A DNA stretch of 64,000 nucleotides from Octopus vulgaris (lineage: Eukaryota): positions 27,404,001 to 27,468,000 of the forward strand of contig OX597842.1 in assembly GCA_951406725.2 (NCBI GenBank), given 5' to 3'. Below the pieces are notes generated by a model, which ran no database searches, was not told the DNA's origin, and worked only from the letters and a program-made list of their open reading frames with translations. The first letter of the stretch is position 1. Each line of letters opens with the position of its first letter. The position numbers and the translations under genes were made by a program. Shown in pieces: positions 39,995-58,610 of this stretch.

Positions 39995-40039
39995 TAGATA
40001 GATGCATATATATACATATATATGTATGTATAAATCCTT

Positions 40040-40535
40040 AAATTCTTAAAAATGTTTTAGCCCGAAGGCCGCGGCCATGCTGGGGCACCACCGCTGAATG
40101 AGCTACACTAATTTGTGAATCCACCTCTGATATGTGGCACTTGATCAACAAGGGAGTTTGATGCTGCTGCCCGCATCCGCGTCTCCTGTCGTGAGGTAGG
40201 TTCATCTGGGACTCCTGACAAGAAGAGATACAGTTTAGTTTTAAAGAAACCCACATCCACACCATGTAAGTCTCTCAGGCATTTAGGGAGGATGTTAAAG
40301 AGCTGTGGTCCTCTGAAACCCAAGCTGTTGCAGTATCTGGACCTGTATTTTGACGGTGATGTTGGAATCCTTGGCACCATGCAGTGGCGCCCCGTTCTGC
40401 AGTTGGGGTAACTTTGAATGCCAAAGTTTGGGACAAGACCCTCCAGGATTTTCCAGATGTATATCACCGCATATCTCTCCCGCCTCCACTCTAGGGAGAA
40501 GAGGTTTAATACCTTCAGTCTTTCCCAGAAGCTGA
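40040..40535 (-). mobile_element. Short 3' fragment of a CR1/Jockey-group LINE (ORF remnant 40108-40467)
   Basis: [16 protein letters not shown]...[14 protein letters not shown]...RAAASNSL is homologous to 907-1737; TA-rich flanks. Confidence 0.88.
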
Positions 40536-40549
40536 TATAAATATATATA

Positions 40550-40976
40550 GGAGGGAATCGACCATCTTTGGTTTCAAGACGAAAGGTGTTCTTCCATCAG
40601 GATAATGCTCAGCCACATACAGTGATGACATTCGAAAAGCTGGAGCAGTTTGAATGGGGACCGATGCCCCACCCACCGTTTTCGCGAGACATTACCCCAT
40701 CTGATTATCATTGATTCTGCAGTCTTCAAAATCATTTGGACACAAGAAATATGAATTCTGTAGATGAGATCAGAACAGCACTGGAGGAGAGTTTTTCATC
40801 ACAGATATGATGAATTTTGGAAGAGGAGCCTTGTAAGTCTACCAGATAAGATGGAAGAGCATCGTAGAAAATGAAGGAGATTATAGTTTAGATTTTAAAA
40901 AAAATTCTGCCTATCTTAATTTTGAAAAATAAATTTTAAAAAAAACCCGCATTATTTATGGAATGACACAGAATAT
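40550..40976 (+). pseudogene. Mariner (Tc1/mariner, DD34D) transposase C-terminal relic with probable right TIR
   Basis: Translates to RPSLVSRRKVFFHQDNAQPHT...EWGPMPHPPFSRDITPSDYH*F.SLQNHL, matching mariner HDNARPH and HPPYSPDLAPSDY motifs; has stops and indels. Confidence 0.8.
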
Positions 40977-41463
40977 GTGTCTATCCATCACTCACCGATT
41001 TACGTGTCTGTCCGACTGTTTGTCTGTCTGTCTCTATCCATCTCCGTCTCTCACCCTCTGCACTATAACGCTGGCATCATATTTGGTCTCAAGGGAGGCT
41101 ACTCACAAATATATTGTGCGGGAGTTATCTCCCTTGAACAATGCATCTAAATCGCTCGACTGCCATTTTCTGATATCAATTATAGGTGGTTTATATATAA
41201 GAGTTCTCTCCCTTGACACCAGTTACCCACAAAATAGATTTTATCGTCCGATGTTTACTAGTTTCGATTTTTGGACAACCGCCATGCTGGAGCACCACAT
41301 CAACGTGTTTACTCACACTCATCGACGGTGGGCTTATCTCTCTTCACACTGCTACTCATTCCTTCGTTCTCCTTTTGTCGAATTGCTAAGTTACGATGAC
41401 GAAAACAGCCAAAACCGAAAATGAATCGGTGACTTGGGAGAAACAAAAGTCACAGATATGGAA

Positions 41464-41519
<56 letters not shown>

Positions 41520-41582
41520 GTGTGTGTGTGTGTGTGCGTGTGTGTGTGTGTGCGTGTCTGCGTGTGTGTGTGGCTGTGTGTG

Positions 41583-41650
<68 letters not shown>

Positions 41651-41685
41651 TGTGTGTGTGTGTGTGTGTTTGTGTGTGTGCGTGT

Positions 41686-41734
<49 letters not shown>

Positions 41735-41833
41735 CGTGTGTGAGTGTGCGTGTGTGTGTGATATATATATATATACATATATACATACATATATACATAC
41801 ATGTATATATATATATGTATGTATATATATGTA

Positions 41834-41865
<32 letters not shown>

Positions 41866-41986
41866 CATACATTATATATATATGTATATATATTATATAT
41901 ATATATACATACATTATATATATATGTATATATATATACATATATACATACATACATATATACATACATGTATATATATCTATGTA

Positions 41987-42054
<68 letters not shown>

Positions 42055-42311
42055 TATATACATATATATATATACATATATACATACATTATATATATAT
42101 GTATATATATATATATGTACATATAATATATATATTTCTTTACTACCCACAAGGGGCTAAACACAGAGGGGACAAACAAGGACAGACAAAGGGATTAAGT
42201 CGATTACATCGATTACATCGACCCCAGTGCGTAACTGGTACTTAATTTATCAACCTCGAAAGGAGGAAAGGCAAAGTCGACCTTGGCGGAATACATACAT
42301 ACATATATACA

Positions 42312-42342
<31 letters not shown>

Positions 42343-42368
42343 TTATGTATATATATGTATATGTGTAT

Positions 42369-42469
<101 letters not shown>

Positions 42470-42600
42470 TATACATACATACATGTATATATATGTATGT
42501 ATGTATATATGTATGTATATATATATATAAAATATATACATACATTATATATATATGTATATATATATATATATAATATATACATACATTCATATATACA

Positions 42601-42631
<31 letters not shown>

Positions 42632-42690
42632 ATATGTATATATATGTGTATGTATATATGTATATATATATATTTATGTATATATATATG

Positions 42691-42724
<34 letters not shown>

Positions 42725-42923
42725 CATGTATATATATATATATATACACATGGTAAATGATCCAGAAGCACTCAAGCCAAGTGAGCACTCAACTTGTTTT
42801 ATTTGCCAAAAGACTTGCAAGGCACCAGGGGGGACCAAGGGACACCCATCGCGCCCAGAGAACATGCTTAACGCTTTATTTTACTGAAGCTCCATTTGTC
42901 GTTCACGACAAAATACCATCACG

Positions 42924-42976
<53 letters not shown>

Positions 42977-43249
42977 CATACACACAAGATGATATCTTGT
43001 CGTGAACGACAAATGAGGTTTAGTAAAATAAACCGTGAACCATGTTCTTTGGATGGGAATGTGTCTCTTGATGCCCCCTGGTGTCTTGCAAAGAAAACAA
43101 GTTGAGTGCTCACTTTGTTTCAGTGCTTCTGGGTCCTTTACCATGTGTTTTCTCGAGTGGACAATAAAGCCTGCTTTGCTTCGTGCCACAGAACCACACT
43201 GACGCTAAGATTTCTATTTAGAGGAACGGTGTTTTGCCAGCGTACCTTC

Positions 43250-43925
43250 ATGCTTGCACGAAGTTGTTCCCGGTGTTGCAGTCGATTTTTCTGAAACCTT
43301 AGAAGAAGCAGGACTAGTGCTAGGTCCTTGCGATCTGGTGGTTTGGTTTTCCAGGAAGAAGAAAAGGGAACATTGCACCGTTTCAGATTGTCTTTTAGTT
43401 TGCCTGTGAAGCGCAGGAATGGCCTTCCAACTGACCTTCCTGACAGGAATTGGCCCCAGAGAAGTTGCTTCGGAATACTTGAGAGATGACCATACTATCT
43501 AAACTGTATTTTGATGAGGATGATTTTAATACCTGATATGTACTATTCTGATCGTACCTCACTGTTCTGAATATGGTCGCTCGGTTTTATGTTGGAGGTA
43601 GTACGCACGCATCGCATATGAAAAGCGTCAAGCTGGTTGATGTGCTTTTGGTACAAAGTCCAAGATTCAGCACCACAAAGCAATGTTGTCAAAACCAACG
43701 ACCTACATTAACTTTCACCTTTTACGATACCTTGTGGTTGTTTCATAGCCTGTGATTTCCCGATTCTGGAATCGATTTCTTGATCTATTTTCGCATCCTT
43801 GGACACGATGGATCGAAGACGAGTGAAAGGGGAAACAGTTTTTAATGTTTCTCCCTCAAAATATACAGAAGCTCAGATTTTTTGATATTGACGGTAAGAC
43901 CAAAAGTCTTGGATGCATCGCAGAG
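43250..43925 (-). pseudogene. Degenerate RTE-clade LINE fragment
   Basis: Reverse-strand remnants CDASKTFGLTVNIKKSELLY and YGHLSSIPKQLLWGQ..GRSVGRPFLRF..KLKDNLK resemble RTE RT C-terminal motifs. Confidence 0.6.
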
Positions 43926-44212
43926 AGACAAACTGACAAAGAGAGGGAGACATACACACACACACACACACACATTCCCACTCCGTCTGCGCACACATGT
44001 CAATACATACACACAGCCACACACCCTTCAAACTCCTTCTGACTACCTATTGATCCGTCCATCTACGCACACATGCAAACACACACGCACGCACGGCTAC
44101 ACCCACTCACTGTAGCTGCTGACTTCTCAGAGCCACATTAAAACACACACACAGATACTATCACACACACACACAAACACACACACACACAAACACACAC
44201 ACATATAAAGTT

Positions 44213-44249
<37 letters not shown>

Positions 44250-44868
44250 AAGAGGGAGAGAGGGAGAGAGAGAGAGGGAGAGAGAGAGAGTAAAGTTTAT
44301 TTACTAACATAATGTGGCAGTACTACTTTTTAAAACCACGTCCGGTTAAAAAGTCACGTACGCCAAAATCACACTGCCTTCATTTACAAAACCAGAGGGC
44401 GGTGTTCTAATTCGCGTTCTGTGGACGAGAAATTATCTAAGCATAATTTTTCCCATTTGTAACAATATAACATCGATTTCTTTGTCTGGCGTAATGGCAT
44501 ATTTTTCCAAATCCGCCAGCTACGCTAAGTTGAACTGTCTAAAGTCGAAAGACACCCGTTGTTTTTGTCCTGTTATTATTATTATTATTATTATTGTGTT
44601 TTTTGTATTTATATTTGTGTGGCATCGTCCGTTTTTCTGTCCCTGTTTCGTATCAATTCGATCCTTTTTCAAAGAAATCTAATGCTCGTAGCTTAGTTAT
44701 TCCTTGGGGCTGGCCGGATCGGAGCGATCTCAAGTTTAATCAGCCAAAATTGCGAGGATGATCCGGTTCTTGACTGAAGATTGAAGACTTCGAATGTCCC
44801 GTCCGTGTTTTTTGTATCGTCTTCTAAATGTTTTGCGTTCTTGTCCCAGTTTGTATTTATATATATAT

Positions 44869-44947
<79 letters not shown>

Positions 44948-44986
44948 TATATATATATATATACATAACAACATACATATGTATAT

Positions 44987-45042
<56 letters not shown>

Positions 45043-45354
45043 TATGCATATACATACATACATACACACACACATACATACATACACACATACATACATA
45101 CATACATACACACACATATATGTGTGTGTGTGTATGTATGTATGTATGTATGTATTTGACTGCGGCCATGCTGGAGCACTGCCTTTAGTCGAGCAAATCG
45201 ACTAAAGTACTAGGTTTACAAATTCTAGTACTTATTCTATAGGTCTCTTTTGCCAAACCGCTACGTGACGGGGATGTAAACACACCAGCATCGGTTGACA
45301 AGCAATGTTGGGAGAACACACAAACATATACACACACACACATACATACATACA

Positions 45355-45391
<37 letters not shown>

Positions 45392-45559
45392 AGATGAGAA
45401 TGTGTGTCTGTCTGTGTGTCTGTGTGTCTGTGTGAAACCTTAAATCTTGAGAAGTACACAACCAATTTCATTTAAATTTTACGCATGCCTTATTTAGGGT
45501 CCACGTAATGTCATAGGCCAAAGAAATTTCAAACTTCTTGCCTTGTACATACATAGATA

Positions 45560-45596
<37 letters not shown>

Positions 45597-45616
45597 TGCA
45601 CAAATGTATATATATA

Positions 45617-45702
<86 letters not shown>

Positions 45703-46089
45703 AAGATATGCATGTACATATATAGATGTATCTGTATACATGTATATGTATAGATGTCTGTCTGTGTGTCAGTGTGAACCCCCAAAACTTGAGAACTACA
45801 CAACCAATTTCATTCAAATTTTACACATACATTATTGAGGGTCCATGTAGTGTCATAGTCCCCAAAAATTTAAAACTTCTTGCCTTGTGCGAGCCCAGAG
45901 CAATATCATATCTCCTTCACTATTTCAGTATTACGCGTTAAAAGTGAAACAATGACATCTCTCTATTGTAATGTCAGATATTTTCAATTTAATACTGAAA
46001 CTATTAAAGTGAAACTATTATCTCATATATATATTTAGGTATACATACATACATACATACATATATACACACATATAATATATATATTA

Positions 46090-46126
<37 letters not shown>

Positions 46127-46328
46127 ACATCTGCAACATGTATATATATATAGCTGTGTATATATACATGTATATATATATATAGATGTATATATATACG
46201 TGTATATATAGAGAGAGGTATCTGTATACATGTTTATGTATAGCTGTATATGTATAGATGTATATATATAGATATAGATGTAGATGGATACATGTATATG
46301 TGTAGATGTATATATATATCTATATCTA

Positions 46329-46407
<79 letters not shown>

Positions 46408-46432
46408 ATATATCTATCTATCTATCTATCTA

Positions 46433-46481
<49 letters not shown>

Positions 46482-46668
46482 CGGGAAGGTTTACGAAAAT
46501 AAACAAAAGACGAAGGCAGGTGGAGTACAAACAAACAAATGTATTAGTATGGCGCTCAGGAATAGAAATAGAACAAGTCTTTTACGTTTCGAGCCTACGC
46601 TCTTCGACAGAAAGATAAACAGAAAAGAAACAAGGAGAGAAAAAAATGCGTGTAGGAGCTAACGATCT

Positions 46669-46773
<105 letters not shown>

Positions 46774-46964
46774 TATGCTCGTTGCTTAGTTTTTCTTGGA
46801 GGGCTGGCCGTGATCTAGTAATCTCAAGATTAATCAGCCGAAATTACTACGATGATCCGGTTCTTGACTGAAGACTGAGGGTTTCGAATGTCCTGTCCGT
46901 GTTTATTGTATCGTCTTCTAAGAGTTATACGTTCTTGTCCATGTTGTATTTTTCTACATACCTT

Positions 46965-47063
<99 letters not shown>

Positions 47064-48017
47064 ACATATAAACATGCATACATATATACGCCCATGCACA
47101 CACACATACACACAGACAGACCAACCAAAGCCTTGTGGGTGGATTTTGTAGACAGAAACTGAAAGAAATCAATCGTATATATGTATATATATGTAAGTGT
47201 ACGTGTGTCTTTGTCTCTGTGTTCCCCTCTCGTCACTGCTTCACAACTGCTGTTCGTTTATTTACACCCCCATAACTTACTGGTTTCACAAGAAGAAACT
47301 GATAGAATAAGTACCAGGCTTATCAAAATAAAAAATCCCTTGCCAGTGTCTCACATTTTTCTTTGCCCACTCAGTTGTGTCTATCAATCTACCTTTTGTG
47401 TCTATCTGTGTGTAAATATATATATATATATATATATCATTTTCTCTTTTTTACTTGTTTCAGTCACTTTGACTGCGGCCATGCTGGAGCACCACCTTTA
47501 ATCGAGCAACTTGACCCCGGGACTTACTCATTGTAAGCCCAGTACTTATTCTCTTGGGTTCCTTTTGCCGAACCGCTAAGTTACGGGGACATAAACACAC
47601 CAGCATCGGTTGTCAAGCAATGCTAGGGGGACAAACACAGACACACAAACATACACGCACATACATAAATGTACATATATATGACGAGCTTCTTTCAGTT
47701 TCCGTCAACCAAATCCACTCACAAGGCTAGAAGACACTTGCCCAGTGTGCCACGCAGTGGGACTGAACCCGGAACCATGTGGTTGGTAAACAAGCTACTT
47801 ACCACACAGTCACTCCTGCGCCTATATATATATATATATGTTGGCCTGCTCGCTTAGCCAGCAGGGTGGCGTCATTTGAAGGCTAAAACAATGCGAAGCG
47901 TATTGTGACCAGCGATTTGTAGCAACATCTGATATCCTGGTCGGTCATATATATATATATATGTATGTGTGTGTGTATATGTTACGCCACACGTATATGT
48001 ATATATATATGTATATA

Positions 48018-48089
<72 letters not shown>

Positions 48090-48464
48090 TAATCCAAACA
48101 AGAAAGCACAAAAAAAACACAACAACGCGAGGACGTGGAACAAATATAGTATTATTGGACGCTCAGGAAAGAAGGAAGATTTAACGTTTCGAGCGGAGCT
48201 CTTCGTCGGAAACATAGAAGGAAAGATACAGAGAAGGGAAGACAGAGGGAAAAAAATCGCCAACGGTACACACGAGGTCACATTTTGAAAAAACGGAAGG
48301 AAATGGGGGAAGAAAGGTGTTTTCAATGACAGGAGAGTGGTTCTGTCAAAGACAGGAGAATGGTAGACGAGGAGGAATGTGTGTGTAAGTGTGGATATGT
48401 GCGTGCGCGGAGGTGTGCGTGTGTGTGTATGTGTATGTGTGCAATGATGACACGTGTGTGTGTG

Positions 48465-48497
<33 letters not shown>

Positions 48498-48893
48498 GTG
48501 GTTGTGGATGTAGGGCTAGTAGTGTGAAGGTCGAGGAAGAAGGAGTGGTACCTTTTGTCTCTACCACAGGTCAGTTCTGCTACTTTGAAGTATGTGTGTG
48601 TGTGCGTGTATGTATATGTATCGTGTGTGTGTTTTTTTGTAGTGTGTATGTATGGGATGTATGTGTGGGTTCATTTGTGTGTATGTGTGTGTGTGCGTGC
48701 GTGTCGTATGTGCGTGTACGTGTGCGTTTGTATGTGTGTGTGCGTAAGCGTATATGGGTGTATATACGTGTATCCGTGGGGTTGTGAGTCTTGGGTGTGT
48801 GCATTCGTGTGCGTGTGTGCGCATGTTTATGTGTGTGTGTATGTGTGTATGTGTGCAATGATGATACGTTTTTGTGTGTGTGAGTGTGTGTGT

Positions 48894-48924
<31 letters not shown>

Positions 48925-49321
48925 TGTGTCTATATGTGTATACGTAAGTGTATGTGTGTGTACACGTGTAGGCATATATTGTGTGTATGTATATGTATCG
49001 GTGTGTATGTGAATTTGTGTATGCGTGTGTGTGGGTGGGTTTTAGGAGTTGTGTGGGCGTAATGTGCGTGCGTGTGCTTGTGTGCGTGTGTGCGCTTATA
49101 TATATACATGTGCGTGTATGTAACTGATAACCTAACGACAGTTCACATTAAAAATATTTATACATTCTGAGAGAAACGCTTCCTTTTCATTACTTTTCTA
49201 AGAATTGTATATATAGAACGAGCAAAGTTTATATATATGGGTTAGGCAGACACGAGAAGAAAGTAATCTCCTCCCTCCCTTCCTCTTATTAGTTACCATC
49301 CCTCTACCACCATTTTCCAAA

Positions 49322-49431
49322 TCACTTTCACTTTGTTCCTGAACCATCTTCGTAATAGAAAGCCGTCGTGTTAGGATCTATGGACCCACAAGATTACAAT
49401 ACCAGGGAAACGGAGCTAAAGAAAATAAAAG
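49322..49431 (+). other. Putative 5' non-coding exon of gene B (start uncertain)
   Basis: Donor AAG|GTAAGA at 49431/49432; region homologous to 9220-9530. Confidence 0.45.
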
Positions 49432-49708
49432 GTAAGACAATTCGGTATACCTCCACATGTACGCCCCACCCCCAGCGCATCTGAATTTTCGAAACTCCTC
49501 TTCCTAATCACAGAAAATAATAATTCCGATATAATCAAAGTTCTTTTTGTCATATTCGTTTTCTATGCAGCCGTTAAAAAGAGCGGTCGCAGTGTGCGCA
49601 CTCGCGCATATGCTTTAATAGTCGTGACTTGTCGATCCTAGCGCGAGTGCGCGTACACGCTTTTACATGCTTCAGTCATTTGACTGTGGCCATGCTGGAG
49701 CACCACCG

Positions 49709-49971
49709 GATCTTTTCCTTCTGAACGGCACATGTCAACACAATTTCTAGTTAACTAAACACTTTAAAACTTCGTATAATGGTAGAATGTGTCAAAATAA
49801 AACAGTTTTTCTCTTGGCTTTCTTGAGAAAATTGTAATTTGTAAGTTTAACGTAGTTTAATTCTTCGAATTTTAACCAATCCTACGGCTTCTATTGAGCT
49901 AAAATCAATTTTAAAAGTGTTTAGTTAACAAGAAATTGCGTTGAAAACTGCCGTTCAGAAAGAAAAGTTCC
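49709..49971. mobile_element. MITE inserted in a SINE A copy
   Basis: TIRs ggatcttttccttctgaacggca ... tgccgttcagaaagaaaagttcc; caccacc duplicated on both sides; same family as 7720-8555. Confidence 0.75.
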
Positions 49972-50116
49972 TCACCACCTTTAGTCAAGCAAATCGACCC
50001 TAGGATTTATTCTTTGGAAGACTATTAATTAATCTATCGGTCTCTTTTGATGAACCGCTAAGTTACAGGGACGTAAACACATCACCATCGGTTGTCAAGA
50101 AAGGCCCCCCCCACAC

Positions 50117-50181
<65 letters not shown>

Positions 50182-50445
50182 TACATCGCTTCGATTTACC
50201 CACCTGTTACACCAACACTTCCGCCCCTGAACCCTAACTCTATAAACTAGTGCAAGCCCTGGTTTTTTCCCCTACTCGATTTTTCAATTCCTGCCGATAG
50301 AACACGGATCTCAGAAGATGCCGAGATAAGGAAAATTTTGACTTCACAACCTCGTTCATGTTCTCCATGTTTAATGCGTAGATCGTAACCCTAATGCCAC
50401 CCCCATTCGTTCTCTATTATTATTATTATTATTATTTTTAAAAAA

Positions 50446-50502
<57 letters not shown>

Positions 50503-50535
50503 GTTTGACTTTTGCTTTATATTTATACATGTTGG

Positions 50536-50635
50536 NNNNNNNNNNNNNNNNNNNNNNNNNNNNNNNNNNNNNNNNNNNNNNNNNNNNNNNNNNNNNNNNN
50601 NNNNNNNNNNNNNNNNNNNNNNNNNNNNNNNNNNN
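50536..50635. other. Assembly gap (100 N)
   Basis: Run of N. Confidence 1.
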
Positions 50636-50866
50636 CCCCAAGTCTCACCTGGAGACCTCAAGAGACAACAGGTTGGAAGTTCACGTTGTTGTTATGCCTA
50701 GTGTGCCATATATTTGGTTGTTTTTTGTGTTGTACTGGTAGATGTCTAAAAAAAAATGTTTGCTTTAATCCTTGCGATTACATAGAAAGTATTTTGCGTA
50801 GGATATGAACAGTTCCCATGAGCACTATCTTTTGAATTTCTGCCATTTTTGGGTTTCCTGGTATAT
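50636..50866 (-). mobile_element. 3' fragment of a second R4/Dong-like family
   Basis: Reverse strand ANIPGNPKMAEIQKIVLMGTVHILRKILSM* resembles NIQKIALLGTAHILRRTLSIQ*; adjoins (TTA)n. Confidence 0.7.
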
Positions 50867-51348
50867 TAGCTTATTATTATTGTTATTATTATTATTATCA
50901 TTATTATTATTATTATTATTATAATCATCTTTATCATTATTATTATTATATTATCTATCTCATTCTCTATCACGTAAGCATAGCACCGATAGCTTTGTCT
51001 TCCTGCTTGCCTTAAGATCATGCTTATCTGTTAAATCAAAATGTCTCATTTATTTATCCTTCCTAACCAAGGTTATCATTTCGTTCATCCATTCTCTTTA
51101 ATTTCTCTAGCCAATATATTCAAGGGCAGAAGACGATGCTCTAGTCTAAACTCGCCCAAACTCCCTAAGAATTTCTCTCTCGCTCGTATTTACTGCCTGA
51201 CTACCCAGCTCTGACCTCGCTCTCTCCGTCTCATTGTCTCCTCCAATTTACCACTGCTGTTTCTTTAAATTATGTTTCCCAAAATCTGAAAATATTTTTC
51301 GATTCTATCTCAGGATTTCGGCATTTGCTGTTCCGTTAATTTATCTCA

Positions 51349-51800
51349 CCGAGTACCCCTAAGAATTTCTTCCTTCTCCCTCCGAGTACCCCTAAGAATT
51401 TCTTCCTTCTTACCCCTAAGAATTTCTTCCTTCTCCCTCCGAGTACCCCTAAGAATTTCTTCCTTCTCCTCCGAGTACCCCTAAGAATTTCTTCCTTCTC
51501 CCTCCGAGTACCCCTAAGAATTTCTTCCTTCTCCCTCCGAGTACCCCTAAGAATTTCTTCCTTCTCCCTCCGAGTACCCCTAAGAATTTCTTCCTTCTCC
51601 CTCCGAGTACCCCTAAGAATTTCTTCCTTCTCCCTCCGAGTACCCCTAAGAATTTCTTCCTTCTCCCTCCGAGTACCCCTAAGAATTTCTTCCTTCTCCC
51701 TCCGAGTACCCCTAAGAATTTCTTCCTTCTCCCTCCGAGTACCCCTAAGAATTTCTTCCTTCTCCCTCCGAGTACCCCTAAGAATTTCTTCCTTCTCCCT
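51349..51800. repeat. 33-bp minisatellite, ~13-14 copies
   Basis: Unit ccgagtacccctaagaatttcttccttctccct repeated head to tail without spacers. Confidence 0.95.
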
Positions 51801-52752
51801 CGTGGTGTATTTACTGCTTGCCCCCTCTCTTTCTCTCTCTCTCGCTTCGATTTACCCACCTGTTACACGAACACTTCCCCCCCTGAACCTTAACTCTATA
51901 AACTAGTGCAAGCCCTGGTTTTTTCCCCTACTCGATTTTTCAATTCCTGCCGATAGAACACGGATCTCAGAAGATGCCGAGAAATGGAAAATTTTGACTT
52001 CACAACCTCGTTCATGTTCTCCATGTTTAATGCGTAGATCGTAACCCTAATGCCACCCCCATTCGTTCTCTATAATTATTATTATTATTATGATTATTAT
52101 TATTATGATTATTATTATTATTATCATTATCATTATTATTATTATTATAATCATCTTTATCATTATTATTATTATATTATCTATCTCATTCTCTACCACG
52201 TAAACATAGCACCGATAGCTTCGTCTTCCTGCTTGTCTTAAGATCATGCATATCTGTTAAATCGAAATGTCTCATTCATTCATTTCTTTATTTATTTATC
52301 CTTCCTAACCAAGATATTTATAGAAAATTTCATTACAAAATATCCATTCTATGATGTTATTCAAGTGTTTAAGTCTTCACTGATAATGGGGGGAAACATT
52401 AGGCCAAGTGTTCAAGTACTCTGTTTGAACTGATTTTTCAATTCCTGCCGATAGAACACGGATCTCAGAAGATGCCGAGAAATGGAAAATTTTGACATAT
52501 TTAATGCGTAGATCGTAACCCTCCCCCTTCGTTTTTTTTTTTTTTTGTACTTGTTTCAGTCATTTGACTGCGGCCATGCTGGAGCACCGCCTTTTAGAGT
52601 ACAGCAGGGATCACCACCTCCTGCCGGAGCCTCGTGGAGCTTTTAGGTGTTTTCGCTCAATAAACACACACAATGCCCGGTCTGGGAATCGAAACCGCGA
52701 TCCTCCGACCGCAAGTTCGCTGCCCTAACCACTAGGCCATTGCGCCAGTCTC

Positions 52753-56134
<3,382 letters not shown>

Positions 56135-56184
56135 TTTTTATTATTATTATTATCATTTTTATTATTATTATTATTATTATTATT

Positions 56185-56620
56185 CAGTAGTTTTATTTTT
56201 ATAGCGTGCTTTCACTTCACTACCGAGCACAGCTCTGTGTGCCTTGGGTATGTGCTGTGATTTGTTGTGATACTCTGATGGTTATTGTATGGAAAGTGTT
56301 CTGCGTAGGATGTGTGCAGTGCCTAGTAGTGCAATTTTCTGTATGTTATATGTGTTTGTAAGTCCTGGTGTTTTTGTTATGTATTTGTCTGAATATTTTT
56401 TTATCATGCCTAAGGCACCTACTATGATAGGAATTGTTTCTGTTTTCAGATTCCACCTTCTAGTTACCTCTATTTCCAGGTCTTTGTATTTTGAGAGTTT
56501 CTCCATTTCTTTTAGAGACACGTTGTCATCAGCCGGTATTGATACATCAATTAGAAAGCATTTTTTTTCTTCATGATCTCTGACAACTATATCTGGTCTG
56601 TTGGCCTTAATTTCTCTATC
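56185..56620 (-). mobile_element. Second, short 3' copy of the same Dong element
   Basis: Near-identical to 52856-53293; [29 protein letters not shown]...RRTLSIQ*; flanked by (TTA)n. Confidence 0.9.
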
Positions 56621-56626
56621 TTTCTC

Positions 56627-56698
<72 letters not shown>

Positions 56699-57625
56699 TA
56701 TTATTATCATTATTATTATTATTATCATTATTATTATCATTATTATTATTATTATTATTATTATTTACCACAGCAAATCTCTTATATTTATTTCTTTACT
56801 ACCCACAAGGGGCTAAACATAGAGAGGACAAACAAGGACAGGCAAAGGGATTAAGTCGATAACACCGACCCCAGTGCATAACTGGTACTTAATTTATCGA
56901 CCCCGAAAGGATGAAAGACAAATTTGAACTTAGAACGTAATGGCAGACGAAATACCTGTTTCTTTACTGCCCATAAGGGGCTACACACAGAGGGACAAAC
57001 AAGGACAGACAAACGGATTAAGTCGATTATATCGACCCCAGTGCGTAACTGGTACTTATTTTATCGATCCCGAAAGGATGAAAGGCAAAGTCGACTTCAG
57101 CAGAATTTGAACTCAGAACGTAAACTTTTTCCATGTATGAAGGAAATGGATTAAATGTAAAATATTAATGAAATATAATAATAATGAAATAAAAGGTGGC
57201 GAGCTGGCAGAAACGTTAGCACGCCCGGCGAAATGCTTAGAATTTCACCTGCCGTTACGTTCTGAGATCAAATTCCCCCAAGGTCGACTTTGCCTTTCAT
57301 CCTTTCGGGGTCGATTAAATAGGTACCATTTACGAACTGGGATCGATGTAATCGACTTAATCTCTTTGTTTGTCCCCTCTATGTTTAGCCCCCTGTGAGC
57401 AATAAAGAAATAAATATTAACGAAATATCTTTTTCCTATGTCTTAAAATCACTAGATATAATATATATGATAATCCCGAATAGATTTTCCTGGCTTGCCA
57501 GTCCTCAGTCAAACCGCCAAACCCATGCCAGCATGGGAAGCAGACGTTAAACGATGATGATGATGATATATATAATTATAATAGATTGTTACCCATTCGA
57601 TTTTTAGGTAAACTTCGTCACCCAC

Positions 57626-57665
<40 letters not shown>

Positions 57666-58089
57666 TCTCTCTCTCTCGCCTAACACAAAAATGAAACATT
57701 CTGGTGCCAAAAGTAGATTTCCTTTTTTGCGATTTTTGGCGCCGATACTTGTGGGGAGAGAGAGAAAGTGTCAAAAAATAGTGCAATGAGTGTAAAAAAA
57801 TGTGTAGGAAACGAATATGAAGAAAAATACGCGTAAAGCAACGGGAGGATGAGGAGAGGACCTCGGAAAATTCACAAGATCCGAGTTTTTCCCTTGTAAC
57901 TTTTAGGAAAATGGGGTTTTTTTTTAATGAAATTTTATATAATTACCTTTCAAACGGCATACATTACGATTATAAAGTAATTTGTAGGGAGAAGACTTTT
58001 GGAAAATTCCCAAGAATTCCCAAGAATTTGAATTCAGAACATAAAGACTTTTGAAATACCACTAAGCATTTTGTCTGGTATTCTACCCA

Positions 58090-58461
58090 ACTGGCCCCTG
58101 TGCCGGTGGCATGTAAAAAGCACCATCCGATCGTGGCCATTTGCCAGCCTTGTCTGGCACCTGTGCTGGTGGCACATAGAAAGAACCATCCAATCGTGGC
58201 CATTTGCCAGCCTTGTCTGGCACCTGTGCTGGTGGCACGTAAAAAGCACCATCCAATCGTGGCCGTTTGCCAGCCTCGTCTGGCCCCTGTGCCGGTAACA
58301 CGTAAAAAGCACCCACTACACTCACGGAGTGGTTGGCGTTAGGAAGGGCATCCAGCTGTAGAAACATTGCCAGATCAGACTGGCCCTGGTGCAGCCTTCT
58401 GGCTTCCCAGACCGCAGTTGAACCGTCCAACCCATGCTAGCATGGAAAACGGACGTTAAAC

Positions 58462-58492
<31 letters not shown>
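58090..58492 (+). mobile_element. SINE-like repeat with internal ~62-bp tandem repeats and a (GAT)n tail
   Basis: Three to four copies of cctgtgc(c/t)ggtggcacgtaaaaagcaccatccaatcgtggcc...; its 3' end catggaaaacggacgttaaacgatgatg also occurs at ~29909, 31456, 36071 and 57533. Confidence 0.7.
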
Positions 58493-58494
<2 letters not shown>

Positions 58495-58567
58495 GGTATG
58501 TAACGTTTTTCATATCAGTCATGCTCCAGCAGTCAGTTTTCATGCTCTCAAAATTATTTTTCAGACC

Positions 58568-58610
58568 ATGGGCCTTCTAATGTTCTCCTGTATGATTGCA
58601 TTGTGGTTTT
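58568..58610 (+). CDS. Gene B coding exon 1: signal peptide MGLLMFSCMIALWF
   Basis: attttttcag|accATG...TTT T|gtaagt; Kozak-like accATGG; paralog of 14840-14885. Confidence 0.82.

Noticed and set aside
51349-51859. CRISPR array or 136-aa GGRRKKFLGVL repeat protein
   Set aside because: Head-to-tail 33-bp minisatellite without spacers; the ORF is a by-product of the unit length being a multiple of three.
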